From Hyphochytrium catenoides (taxonomy: Eukaryota; Protista; Hyphochytriomycota), in the NCBI GenBank assembly GCA_900088475.1, contig FLMG01002721.1:6017-70016 (forward strand): a stretch of DNA of 64,000 nt, written 5' to 3'. The notes below the pieces were generated by a model. The model did no database searches. It had not been told where the DNA came from and was given only the letters and a program-made list of their open reading frames with translations. The position numbers and the translations under genes were made by a program. The stretch's first letter is position 1; the number at the start of each line of letters is the position of its first letter. Positions 12,230-23,528 of this stretch are shown here, piece by piece.

Positions 12230-13703
12230 ATGGCTCAACAAGCCAAGAGAAAGTCCAAGTCCCCAACGAGGTCACCTGGCAAGACCTCAGGTCCCTCAAT
12301 TGAGGCACTTGAAAAGCAGTTGGAAGTTCTTACAGCGAAGAAGAAGCAGGCAAAGAGCTCCGTCTCTCTGTTTCGCGGCCCACATCTAGTCCTGTACCAC
12401 TTTGTCCACGTGTTCCTAAGCTTCCTCAGGAAATCAGTGTAAGTATTCAGTCCCGTAAGAATCGAAGCCAGTAGTTTTCTAACAGCATTATGCTTCAGCC
12501 TCTATGTCATCCAGCACCCGCTCACTGTCTTCGTGGTGGTTCCGGCGGCCGTTCTATGGGTCACACTGAGTCATATGCCAGGGAGTCATCACGTGTGGAT
12601 GGACGAAATTCGCACTCAAGCAGAGTTTCTGGTGTGGTGGGTTGGACTTGGCGTCCTCTCCTCCGTAGGCCTAGGGACAGGAATGCACTCTGGCATCCTC
12701 TTCCTCTTTCCTCATATCTTCAAAGTGGTGCAAGCGACAGAAGAATGCAGAACCACGGACTTTGACTCCCGCGGTGATATGTGGTTTGCTCCACATCCGT
12801 TCACTTGCCCAAACCACGGTGCAGATGGCACCGACACTTTCTCCCATATCTTCATGAAGATATTTCCAGCTTGTTTCTGGTGGGGTTTAGGGACTGCGGT
12901 TGGCGAGATCCCGCCCTATGCTCTATCTCGTGCGGGTAGGTGACGAGACTTGTACGTAACGAGGTGTAGGTGTGNNNNNNNNNNNNNNNNCATGGCCCAA
13001 TATGGCCTTTGACCTCTGCGGTAGGTGACACTTTGGCTTGTAAGGAGAGGATATACACAGACCCGTTAGCCGTCACTGAGACAATTCCGGTTGAGTCTTA
13101 ATTCTTTATTTCATGCTTACAGGCATCTGCTGCGGCCACTTCCTGATGCCTTTCTGGACATTCTTCGGCGCCACGGTTATAGGAAAGGCGGTAATCAAGG
13201 TCAATATGCAGGCTGGTATGTTTGAGCCATCAAGCTTGGATCATAAACAGTACTTGTGGGCCTGACCTTTGTTCCTTTCCCTCGCCTCTAGCCTTCTTCA
13301 TCGCGCTATTTAGTGATGTATACTTGAAGAAACTGGTCCACTTCGTAGAGAAGTACAGTCCCGAGCACTTGGGGTTAGATGAGCAACTTGAGGAGTTCCT
13401 TGTAGAAACAAGAAAGAAGTTCCATGATAGCAGGGATTCCCACGCGTCAGGAGATGAAGCGAAGTCAATCTTCTCCAAGGCAGGGAGTTTGGTCATGGTT
13501 GCGCTGATCGGGTGGTAAGGTTCTTCTTCTTGTGAGGAGTTAGGTTGGCCAATCTAATATGATCCTTGCCTAGGTTCGCTCTCTCCTGCGTCGAGCAGTT
13601 CGCCCAACAGCATGCTTGTCGCGAGATTGATGCAGAGATTGAGCCTGTGAAGGCTCAACTGAACAAGCTCCGGACAGGTGACGAGAAGAAGAAGGATAAG
13701 TGA
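12230..13703 (+). CDS. VMP1: Vacuole membrane protein 1 (TMEM49; DedA/SNARE-associated family); one exon partly lost in an N gap
   Basis: [53 protein letters not shown]|[25 protein letters not shown]. Confidence 0.93.
12975..12990. other. Assembly gap inside VMP1
   Basis: Run of Ns; coding sequence resumes mid-exon (WPNMAFDLC). Confidence 0.95.
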
Positions 13704-14955
13704 GAGTATGGCCTAGTAGACTATTGTGAGGTTAGCGTCGTATGCGGATAGTCACAATAGGCGTTGCATGGTCTGACGGAGCTCAACCGCTAAGGAATTT
13801 GGACGGAAATGAGTCGTTATAGCAACCTTAATAAGGCCAGGCAGATGGAGGCTGTCATCTGCAGGATACTTTGTCTCAGAACTCCTACTCTACGCATATC
13901 TGCTATTTGTTCGTTGTGTGAATGGCTGGGTGTGCTCTTTGTCAGTTTCCACTCTGGCTCTTTACTATAAGAGAAATATGCAAGCTAATACTTTCTGAAC
14001 TACCTGTCTCGAATGAGATGCGAGTCCTGCGGTTCTCAACGATCTAGGTTGAAGCCTCTTGCATCCCATGCTATAAGGACCGTTACTGTGTGTCAATGGC
14101 GACATATCAAGCTGCTGCGGCTCGTTTTTTGACAAAGTTCGCTTTCTGTATCGAGGAAATCTGCACTGATGTGAGGTACTTGAAACAGTTCCACGACTAG
14201 CTACAGGGTGCACTGTGAACTCTATAGTCTCTGATTGTCCTCCAGGAAGCTGGCTCCCCAGACACTGCTATAGCACCTATTGCTCTCTGAGCTTTGGCAA
14301 TAACCCAAGAACCTCCTTTTATAACAGTGGGCTTACACTTCCCAGATCAATGATTCTACTCTTACCAACCCCGCCAGAGCCCCCAGATCTCGAATCTGTT
14401 CCCTCTTCTTCTGCCTACCTCAAATCATTGCGCTTTCTAGCTCTCTTCTTCTTTTGTCGCTTGTTGACCCAATGAACATAACTCCCTAGAGCCTATTGTT
14501 ATCTGTCAAGAGTCAAGAGACATTCTCATCGAGATCTGGTAGTTCTAGAGTGTGCCCACAGTGTCTGGAAGTTGATGGGATGATGTGAGAAGCAGAGCGG
14601 GGCTTATTATCAGTTATCTGTCGTAGCACTGGAATATGAATCACTAGCTGATAATCAGAGGCATGATTTACTCCAGGGGGATTGCTGAAGGGTAGCTCCA
14701 TGCCTCTCCTAACATTATGACTTGGAGTTCCCCTCTCCTAATCTTATGACTGGTTATTAGGGGACACAGACAAAGAGCGAGAAGAGAAAGAGAAAAGCTC
14801 TGCATTGCTGGAACTATTGGGGCAGAAAAGTCAATAGCTGAAGATTATCGGCAAAGTGATGTTGACTGTGCGTTAGCTAGACGGTCACAGGGGTTTCGAC
14901 GGGCAGGGAGAGAGGAAACGAGTAATTACTGGGGTGCCCAGAGACAGCAGACAGC

Positions 14956-15830
14956 ATGTTGGCCAGATCTATGTATTCCAAGGTTGGCCGAGGGGTCCTT
15001 CGACCTTCCAGAGTAAGTGATCGCGTTCAAGGATCCACTGGGTTGACCTAGGTCAGATGCTGATCTTCATGAACTTGTTTCAGGTTCTTGCGACTCCTCA
15101 CGCGCTTCAAGAGCGTCAGTTTATCTCGGTCGTAGAAAAATATTCTCGTGCTGTCAAGGAGTTTGGAGTGAAAGGTACCTTGTGGAAGCTTTATTTCCTT
15201 GGTGATGTTAAGTTTGGCAAACTAGTGGGAGAGGATCGGTACGGTACGAAGTACTACGAAGACCTTTCAGAGCCTTATGGTACGTTACGCGTCAGTGTCG
15301 TTAGGTTTTGACATGCGGAGCATCTGATCGGAATCATGTTAGGCCAACATCGATGGGCGGAACCAAAATTTGCTTTTGAGGACTGGGATCCCTCCATGAT
15401 TCCTCCTGAATGGCATGTCTGGGTCCACCACATGAGGGATGAGGTTCCTAGCGATCAAAAGGTACGTGATCTAATCAGTGTTCTGGGCTAACATCCACAC
15501 AGTATCACTCTAACCACGGTTATATTACCTAAACTCTAGCCTGGATACTATGAGAATCGCCCCATAGTTAACTTCAGTGATGCGCCGTACAATAATAACC
15601 TGGGGCTTATGCAAAACGAGTACAAGCCCAATCTTACCACTCACCGATCCAGAGGCTACGGTGTCGGCAGCCTAAAGACCAAGTGGGGTGAGTCTGACAA
15701 GGAGTATCTGCAGCCCAACCACCCCCTGCGAAGGAGAAAGAGAGTCCACGATAATGTCAAGCATTGGAAGCCAAATGGCCAGAGTGACACCACACCAGAT
15801 GAACCGCTGCGTGACCTCGAAAAGCTCTAG
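14956..15830 (+). CDS. NDUFA12: NADH dehydrogenase (complex I) subunit NDUFA12/B17.2, spliced
   Basis: KFGKLVGEDRYGTKYYED...HRW...DPSMIPPEWHVWVHHMRDEVP; Arg-rich N-terminus resembling a mitochondrial presequence. Confidence 0.9.
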
Positions 15831-16108
15831 TTCCCTAATACTCGCCACAAAGAACAACCTTCTCCGCAACCGACAGATGACAGCGTGCGGGCCACTGTGG
15901 TGGGTGCCGCTCGACTAACGTTGCTTTAAAGCCACGAACGCGGTGGTCTGGTATAGACCGAGAAGGCTTGGTGGGAGATACGGAGGGAGAAAGACACGTA
16001 GTGGCGTTACAAGTTCAGTTAGGTGACAGCAGCAGCATTGCTGCCGCACGACATGACACATTTAATGATACGAAGGGTCTATAAGTACATGTGGGTGAAA
16101 ACAAAACT

Positions 16109-18457
16109 CTAATCCCACGCATCGGCCGTCGTCTGCTGCTTGCGTGGCAGAGGTTGTGTGGGCCTTTGCGGTGTTCTGATACCCAGAGAACGGCTGATGA
16201 GCCGACTAGCTGTTGAGGTATTGGTGGCTGGTCGACGAGGAGGTGAAACGCCTGCGCGCACAGCACTCCTCGCTGCATCTCCTGCCTCATCTAATGGCCG
16301 CACCTGTAGAAATTCACTTCTCTTGACTGCGAGAGCGGACTGAGCCAGCGACCGTAATCAGTAGGTTAAGGGAACCACACCAGCCGAGCTTTAAGAGGAG
16401 TGTAGGAACAACATGTAGAGGTCAACAAGCGGAAGTTTCAATTTAGAGGAAGAGGGGACATGACTGGTACTTGGAGAAGGATATGAGACCGGAATACTGC
16501 TAGAGCCGTCACTCCATGCTCGATCCACCTAAAGGAAAGTGAAAGAAAAGGTATCAGACACTTATATCACAATGCTTTTTTGCTAGGAAAGGAAGGCTGG
16601 TGCACCTGATGTCGCATCCCGCTTTTCTATAGGGTGCCAGCATCATGTCCAGCTGAAAGCTCTGCAAGCCCTGAGGAAAGCCTTTGATTTCCAAAATGTG
16701 GTCATCCGTCACAGGATCGCAGAACTCTGCGAAGGGAGAGCGTTTTAAACAGCGTCCAAGTTGAGAGAGTATCGACTGAGAGAAGACGGAGAGTAGATGA
16801 AGTGTGGAGGAGAACCTTCTATGCCGTCAAGATTGATGCCTCTCCTTGAATGAATGACGGGGCGTCTGGAAGAGCCGGCTAACAGATCGGTGGCTTGCTG
16901 CTCGGCAGCCTGCGCTAGTAGGGCTTGCTTCTTGCGTTCATCCTCCAAGGCTGGATAGGAAAGCTTTTAGCCTCTCACTCCTTCCTTTCAGTTCGCGAAG
17001 GTTTGCCCCAGCCCAACCTTCCGCTTCCATCCCTTTCAGAATGTTTTTACGCACAGACTCCACGGTTTTACACTCTATGAAGAGCTTCCACCGTCTATGA
17101 TCGTTGGGAAACCCTTGACTCACAATCTGCTCCAGTCTCCACCTTTTACGTTGGTCGCCACCCTCTACGCTGCAAAACTGTGCCCTCGTCACCTTTCTTA
17201 CCTATTTGCCTTCGAGCTTCCCCAATCATTCGCGTGATATTGGCGACGGCTTCGTCTATTAATAAGCACAGGACGGAGCAGATGGTTACAATCCAGGGAA
17301 GGAGAGTAAACATACGTGAAGGTGAGAAGGGGCAAGTGACATAGACAGAGATAAAGAGAACCGACACCAGTAGAGAAGGAAAGGAGCGATTCCGTGTCTT
17401 TCCATCAGTTCATACCTTCCTCATCCTCACTGCTCGTGGCCTTTGCTTCAGCTCCAGTCTCCTCAGCACTCCTCTTTGTACCGCCATCCTGGCCTCTTCC
17501 CTTTACCTGACCCTCCGAGTTGATGCCCCAGGACCAGCGGCTGCCAAGGTCAAGGTTCTCCTCTCTATCCTTGCTACCACTAGACCCTAGCCGTGCACAA
17601 TGATTCAGTAAGAAGAGAGACTGGTGCAAGAAGCAACATAGGGAAGATGCTAAACTTTGCGTCTGACATCCTTTTCTCTCACCGTTATCCCCTGATTGCG
17701 TACTCTGCTTCGCTTCTCCCTTTCTTTGACCTGCTGGCACCTTGCTATCCTCCGCTTTTTCCTTTCCACTCTTTGAAGCCAACGGCCCCGTGCTCTGATC
17801 AGGGGATGAGACGGCCAAATCTTTCATTCTTCGAGGAAGCCCATCATCCGCCTCAGCAGCTCTTGGCGGAGTGGAAGACATAGGGTTCGGGCGCCGCCTG
17901 TGCGGCGGGAGATAGGCAGCTTTTGCTGCTTTTTCCTTTCGGGGTGTCCTCTCCTCGGACTGCCTCTCAGGAAGCTTGGCTCGGGGAGGAGAGTTCAATA
18001 AGTCACTGTCCTCTGAGATCGTCATCGCTCCGTCGTCAGGCGTGCAAGCTGCCGGAGCAAGGGGATGGGCTGCGGCAGGAGCTGCGGCGTTGCTACTAAC
18101 CCTCTCTGTTACTTCGTCAGTAGCAGGTGGCGCAGTAGGAGGAGAGGAGCTCTTCGGGACCAAAATCTTCTTTTTGCTCTTCTTTGCCTTGCTTGGCCTC
18201 TGCTCAGTCTGTTCTCCATCAGCAGTCTCTGCCAGTGTCCGGGGCTCTGCGCCGTTCTTTTCGGCGGCGGCGGGGGAAAGATATGGAGGTGTCTCTTGTT
18301 GAGAAGTTGTGGCGGATGATGCCTCCCCCTGACCGGCATTTTGCTGTCGGCGGTGGCGAGGGACATAGAAAGCCACGGGAGCCCTATCTCTCTCCCTCTC
18401 TCTGGACCGTGTACAGGCGCCTCGGGGCGGCGTGGACTCACTGCTTTGCTCCCCCAT
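16109..18457 (-). CDS. R3HCC1/R3HCC1L-like protein (low-complexity N-terminus, C-terminal RRM-like domain)
   Basis: N-terminal FYVPRHRR and YLPPHRR motifs. C-terminal exons DHILEIKGFP...GCDIR|WIEHGVTALAVF...VRPLDEA...RPATNTSTASRLISRSLGIR resemble the R3HCC1 C-terminal domain. Confidence 0.6.
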
Positions 18458-18509
18458 AGAGAGGTAGGATGAAGCAAGCCGGGACTGAGTCCTTTCAGGA
18501 GGTATAAGG

Positions 18510-18554
18510 GAGAGAGAGAGAGAAAGAGAAAAAGAGAGAGAGAGAGAGAGAGAG

Positions 18555-18600
<46 letters not shown>
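18510..18600. repeat. (GA)n microsatellite
   Basis: Visible GA dinucleotide run just upstream of the R3HCC1-like start codon. Confidence 0.95.
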
Positions 18601-18604
<4 letters not shown>

Positions 18605-18904
18605 ATCAGAGTACCCGTAGGAGGCCTAGACCATCTCTAGTGTCCAGGGCCCGACGTTCAGGACTGCCTCATGGCTCCTGCCACCGCGCGAGGAGCCGTC
18701 AGAAGCCCTGGCGCCAGCTAGATAAAGAGAGAAGCAAGAGGATATGCAATGCTTTAACCTTTTAGGAACTATCCCGTCCCAGAGCGGCAATGAGAGGAGC
18801 GGGGAAGCTGAGTGATGAGATGCAAACCATGGCAATGTCTCCCCCTCTTTCTCCCTCTCGACACTTGCTCAACTCGCTCCTCCTCTTTGGCTAATTTACT
18901 TACC

Positions 18905-18914
18905 TATTCTCTCT

Positions 18915-18947
<33 letters not shown>

Positions 18948-19075
18948 CCTTTTCTCTCTTCCTTCTCTCTCTTGCTATCTCCCTCTCTGTCTCTTCTCTC
19001 TGTCTCTCTCGTGTCTCTCTCTTCTCTCTCTCTGTCTCTTTTCCTCTCACTCTCTCTTTCGCTCTCCCTTTCTCT

Positions 19076-19108
<33 letters not shown>

Positions 19109-19260
19109 TTCTTATCACTCCCTCTTCTCTTCTGCCTCGGTCTTCATATCTCGCGGTCTCCTTTCTCTCTGTCTTGCCCATACTCTGTCTCTCGTTGTAT
19201 CACCATCTCTCTCTTCTCGCTCTCTCTCTCTGTCACGCTCTTTCGTTCTCTGTTTGTCTT
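18905..19260. repeat. Degenerate (CT)n polypyrimidine tract
   Basis: About 350 bp consisting mostly of C and T. Confidence 0.9.
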
Positions 19261-19458
19261 CCTATTCTGCTCGCTCTCTACAAGTGGTTAAAAGAAATAT
19301 AGTGGCGATGTCTCCTAGGCAGTCGAGTTTTATTTATTCCTAATATCATGGGCTATAAAACAGTTATCTAGTATTAATAAGGTAAATAGTTCATTCTTTC
19401 AGAATAGGTAGGTATTGTTATAAAAGCCGTTTTTCCTCAAAATCCCTGCATTCTCGCC

Positions 19459-22400
19459 CTATTGCGAACCGGCGCCAGCTCCTGAGGAAGAAGAGGAGGA
19501 AGACCCACCGCCGCCTAGTAGAACATCAGGAGAGAGTTTGTCTGCGCCTTCACTCGCCGGAAAGAGCTTTCTCATTGCGTTTTGAGCTGCTTTATTGGCG
19601 CTTCCTGTCCCTTGATGGCCCATTAGAGGCTGCTCCAGCTTTACTGGAACAATAGGGATGCCGCCAATTATCCGCTGCTGCTGAGCCTTCTCTGCTATAG
19701 CGTCAGATGTTAAATATATTGAGCGGTAGGGTGAGACTGCGGACGAAGCAGGCAAGCTAGGCATTGAGTTGGCATTGGTACTAAGATAGGGTGAAGGCGC
19801 CGGTGTGCGCATTGTTGACAGGCCGAGAGACGTGCTTGGAGTCTTTCCGATCGAGGGATAGGAGATGAAGATGGTCTCTTGGCCCTTCAGAGGCTCACCA
19901 TCCAGGTCAACAAAGTCCAAACCTGTGATGGGTCCAGCGTACCTCGCCCAGGTAACTCCATCTGGCAACGCCATAGACGTGACGGCGGTAGAGACAGGCG
20001 TGAAGGAAGGAGAGGAGGAGGACGGAAGAGTCATTGATGAAGGAGCACTGGAAGTTGGATTGAAGATAGAGGAGGAAGGAGTCAGAGGCTCAGATGACTG
20101 GAATACGGCGCTCAGCCCTTGATAAGCCGTCAAGTCATCGTAAGGCGGGACTGCTAGTGCATGGCCCGAGGGTAATCCCAAGCTGTCAGGATCTGCAACT
20201 GCCTGCACCGGCAATCCTTGATGCATAGCACTCTGTGGCCCCATGCTCGCGTTACCCATCGCTTTTGATAGAAGAGGGGGCGGCGACTGAGCGGCCGCTC
20301 CAGGTAAAGGCCCACCCGGCAACTCCACTGGCGGAGGGACAAGTCCCATCGTGTACGCCGCCACCTGCTGGCGCATGAACTCTGTGAAGGGCAATGAGCT
20401 CAGAGCGTAGCTGAAGGTTGAGGAGAAGTCAGGCTGGTCCGAAGCCAGCATGGAGATGGCGTTAAGAGAATCCTGATCAATCGATGGCGTGCCAGGCACA
20501 GCGTAGAAGGGCTCAGCGTCGTCCTCATTAAAATCAGCCGATGTTTTAGGGAAAAAATGTTTGCCGTTATCACCGGGCGACGAGGATGTAGCATCAGCAG
20601 CGTAATCAGCTATTCGATTGGCTTCTTCTTCTTGCTTGAGCCGGTCAGCCTCCGCTGAGGCGATGGCCAGGGGCATATTGTACGCACTCATAGATGCCTA
20701 AGGACCATCAACGCAACAGTTAAAACACCTTGGTTCCGCAAAACTTTGGTCCCTCTATCCTCGACGTTGTCCCAGTCTTATTAGCTCCTTAGGAGCTGCG
20801 GTCTTCTCCTCCTGCCCTCTCTATGTGCTATTACGCTTGTTACCTCGTCCTCTTTCTTTATGATAGCCTTCACTCACCTTTACTGCCTTCAAAAAATGCT
20901 TCTCCAGCGCCGCAAGCTCCTTTCGCTGGTGGGCGAACTCCTCAGGTGTCATGGCCTTCAGTTTCTCTTCATCCCTCTTGAAAATGTGTTTCCCGATGGC
21001 AGAATTGCCTACAAATTTTTTAGAGATGCGCATTGGATCGCACCGTAGAGCGTGAGCTAGGAACATGCGTAACATTGTGCCTTCAGGAATTGGAAGGATC
21101 CCCGCGTCGAAGTCAGCAATGAGCCGGTTCGCATACTCCTCTTCTTCTTTCGTCCATCGGCCTGACCGCAGGGTGCGGAAGTGCTTCTTAGGCGAAATGA
21201 GTCCTGCCGGGCCAAGGAAAGATGCATAGTTGGTTAGAAGAAGAGGACTAAGGGCAGCTGAGAGAGCTCTTATACCTCCCATCGGATCCGAGGCTCGCCT
21301 GTTGTTATAGTCAGGACTGGGTACGCTCTGGGACCGTCCTCGACGACTTCCCACGTGCACTGGGCCCCTGTATGGATTACATGGAAGGAAAAGACAACCT
21401 TAGCTCAGGTTCAGATTCCTTCTCTTCATCTTCAGCACTATTTCCTTGCACATCCTTGTAAGACTCTCCCTTCGCCTTCATTCCGTACTTTTCCAGTTCA
21501 TGTACCTGTTCTCAGGAGCAGGGTCCGGCATTGAAGCTTCAAACTGCAAGTCCAGAACCTTGAGATGTCCATTCACATCTCCTTCTTCCTCAGGGTCTAC
21601 TTCCCACTGACTCTTCTCCGTTACAGAGTCATCCTGCTGTTCCAGTGCGGCAATTTGCCTTCCAATCTGCGTCTTAGCAAGCTTCTTGAAATATTTCTGG
21701 GCGTGAGTGCGGATTTGCATGAGTGTTCGAGTCGGAACCAAACTGGAGATCTTCTTCCAGTCTCTGCCATAGAGTTGCAGCCCTTTTAGGAATTGTGACT
21801 GCTCCTCAGGGGTCCAGCGGCCTGTGAGGTGCTATCCGTTACTTTCATAGTAAGAAAAGGCTAAGATTGGGCTGTTTGACTTACCGACGACACCGCTTCC
21901 TTGAGCGGGCCGAGGAGTGTCCGGTGAGGAGACAGGTGCTGACAAAGACCTCCCCCGTGATCCAGTCGAAGCATTGTCATTAAGAGAACCTGCGAAGGCA
22001 ATCCCTGGCGCATCCCCGCAGTCGAGTTCCCCTGGGAAACCGAGTCCATTATCGGCATCTGGATCTTGCTCTTTAGCTTCACTATTGTCGTCTTCAAGCA
22101 GGAGCTCGCTTGCCACAGTGGCATGGGAGTCGTCCTCTTCTTGGTCTCCTCCTCTAATCTTTGTCAGGTCAACCTCAAAATCGCTGTCTCGGATAGGGTG
22201 CACTGAAATCGGCCCTAGCGCGCTGTCGGTCAGGATGGTACCGTCGGTGCTGTTGCCACGGTGGTCTCGAGCAGGGGAGAGAGATTGATTGGGGAGGATA
22301 AAAGAGTTGGGGTCCTCAATCTGAAGCTCTAAACGAAGCTTTCTCCTGCCTGGTGCAGGGGAGGACTGCCGCTCTGGGCTCTCAGAAGTGTGTGAAGGAG

Positions 22401-22476
22401 AGGCATTATGACTAGCTGCTTGAGAAATCGCCGCTCTAGGGCTGTCAGAACGAGGACTCCTCGGAATTTCACTCAT
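19459..22476 (-). CDS. MYB-related transcription factor (SHAQKYF class) with a second conserved stramenopile-type domain
   Basis: TGRWTPEEQSQFLKGLQLYGRDWKKISSLVPTRTLMQIRTHAQKYF at about 21690-21830. Second domain LRSGRWTKEEEEYANRLI..F..G.LP..EGT.LR.FL...L.CDPMRISKKFVG at about 21000-21175. Ser/Pro-rich tail. Confidence 0.85.
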
Positions 22477-22996
22477 TGTGATCTAATACCACTTGGACGA
22501 CTCAGAGAACCCAACAAAGCTCGGAGATGTCACAATGCCCCTGCTGTCCTACGTACCAGACAGGGCCAAACTATGCGCTCTGACCCACAGCCATAATAAG
22601 CTCAAGAAAAGACAATGTCTACGGGTTGCTAACGCATTCTCTATTTGTATGATTCGCAGTATATGGAAAACGCGAGACCGAGGCAGGGCAAGCGGCGGTC
22701 CAGAAAGGAAGGGGAGGTGTTCATCTCTGGGCTGCAGGCCTGCTGCGAAGCACTTCCTTCTACGGTCGCGAAGACTCTACCTTTTTTCTAACAGACCTCT
22801 AACCTCCTGTCTCTCCCCACCCATTCACTCGTCGCCGCTTCTCCCTTTTGCCCTACATTTGCCCTTCCTTACCCAAGCTTCCTTCCGTGCTGATGCACAT
22901 ACAGAGCAAAAGCTTCTTCATCGTCCTCTTTCCCTTCTTCCGCTCTCTTGTTGCTCTTCCTCTGGCTCTGGCAGCAGTTCCGTGGAAGCTGCAGGG

Positions 22997-23055
22997 TAGG
23001 GCTGGGGCTGGGGCTGGGGCTGGAGGAGGAGGAGGAGGAGGAGGAGATGATGATG
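22997..23055. repeat. Compound (GGGGCT)n-(GGA)n-(GAT)n simple repeat
   Basis: gggctggggctggggctggggctggaggaggagg...gatgatgatg, upstream of the MYB gene. Confidence 0.85.
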
Positions 23056-23528
23056 AGAAGCAGGAGAGCTGATGGGTGGAAGGTGGGCAGTTACTTTGCG
23101 AGACGGGACACAGGTGAGACACATCACCCTTAAGATTCGTGACATGAATGAGTCTTATTCTCTAGGATGCGATAGAGCCCTTACCTTATTCCTAATACAA
23201 ATAGTTGCAAATTAACCCGAGTCTGATAAAGCCCGAGTCAAGCCCTAAAGTAGCACTGTAAGATTACCTCTTGACTCGGGAGACTATACTCGGGTATAGT
23301 ACTGTCATGCCGTTAGCGCCCTTCTATTGGATGGCGGTGCCCGATCAGAAGCCCTGCTAGAAAGCGAAAGAGCACATGTCGAAGCTCTTCATCATCATCA
23401 GACGGAGATTATTGCGTTGAGGACGGAGCGCGGGAGGTTAACAGTCTTATTAGATAAGAGGAGGAGGGCGCGTAGACCGCTTTCAGGGTCGCGAACAGGT
23501 TCTGTGTGCACACAAACATCAAGGAAAG

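Noticed and set aside
12937-13122. Apparent deletion or pseudogenisation of VMP1
   Set aside because: The missing segment coincides with an N gap, and conserved coding sequence resumes immediately after it.
13720-14930. Short ORFs and a 20-bp imperfect direct repeat (14703-14751) between VMP1 and NDUFA12
   Set aside because: No motifs or coding signal; treated as intergenic.
18812-19343. ORFs rich in LSLSLS or ERERER (also near 5.0, 6.2, 30.6, 31.3-32.0, 38.7 and 63.0 kb)
   Set aside because: These are translations of CT/AG microsatellites in introns or intergenic DNA, not genes.
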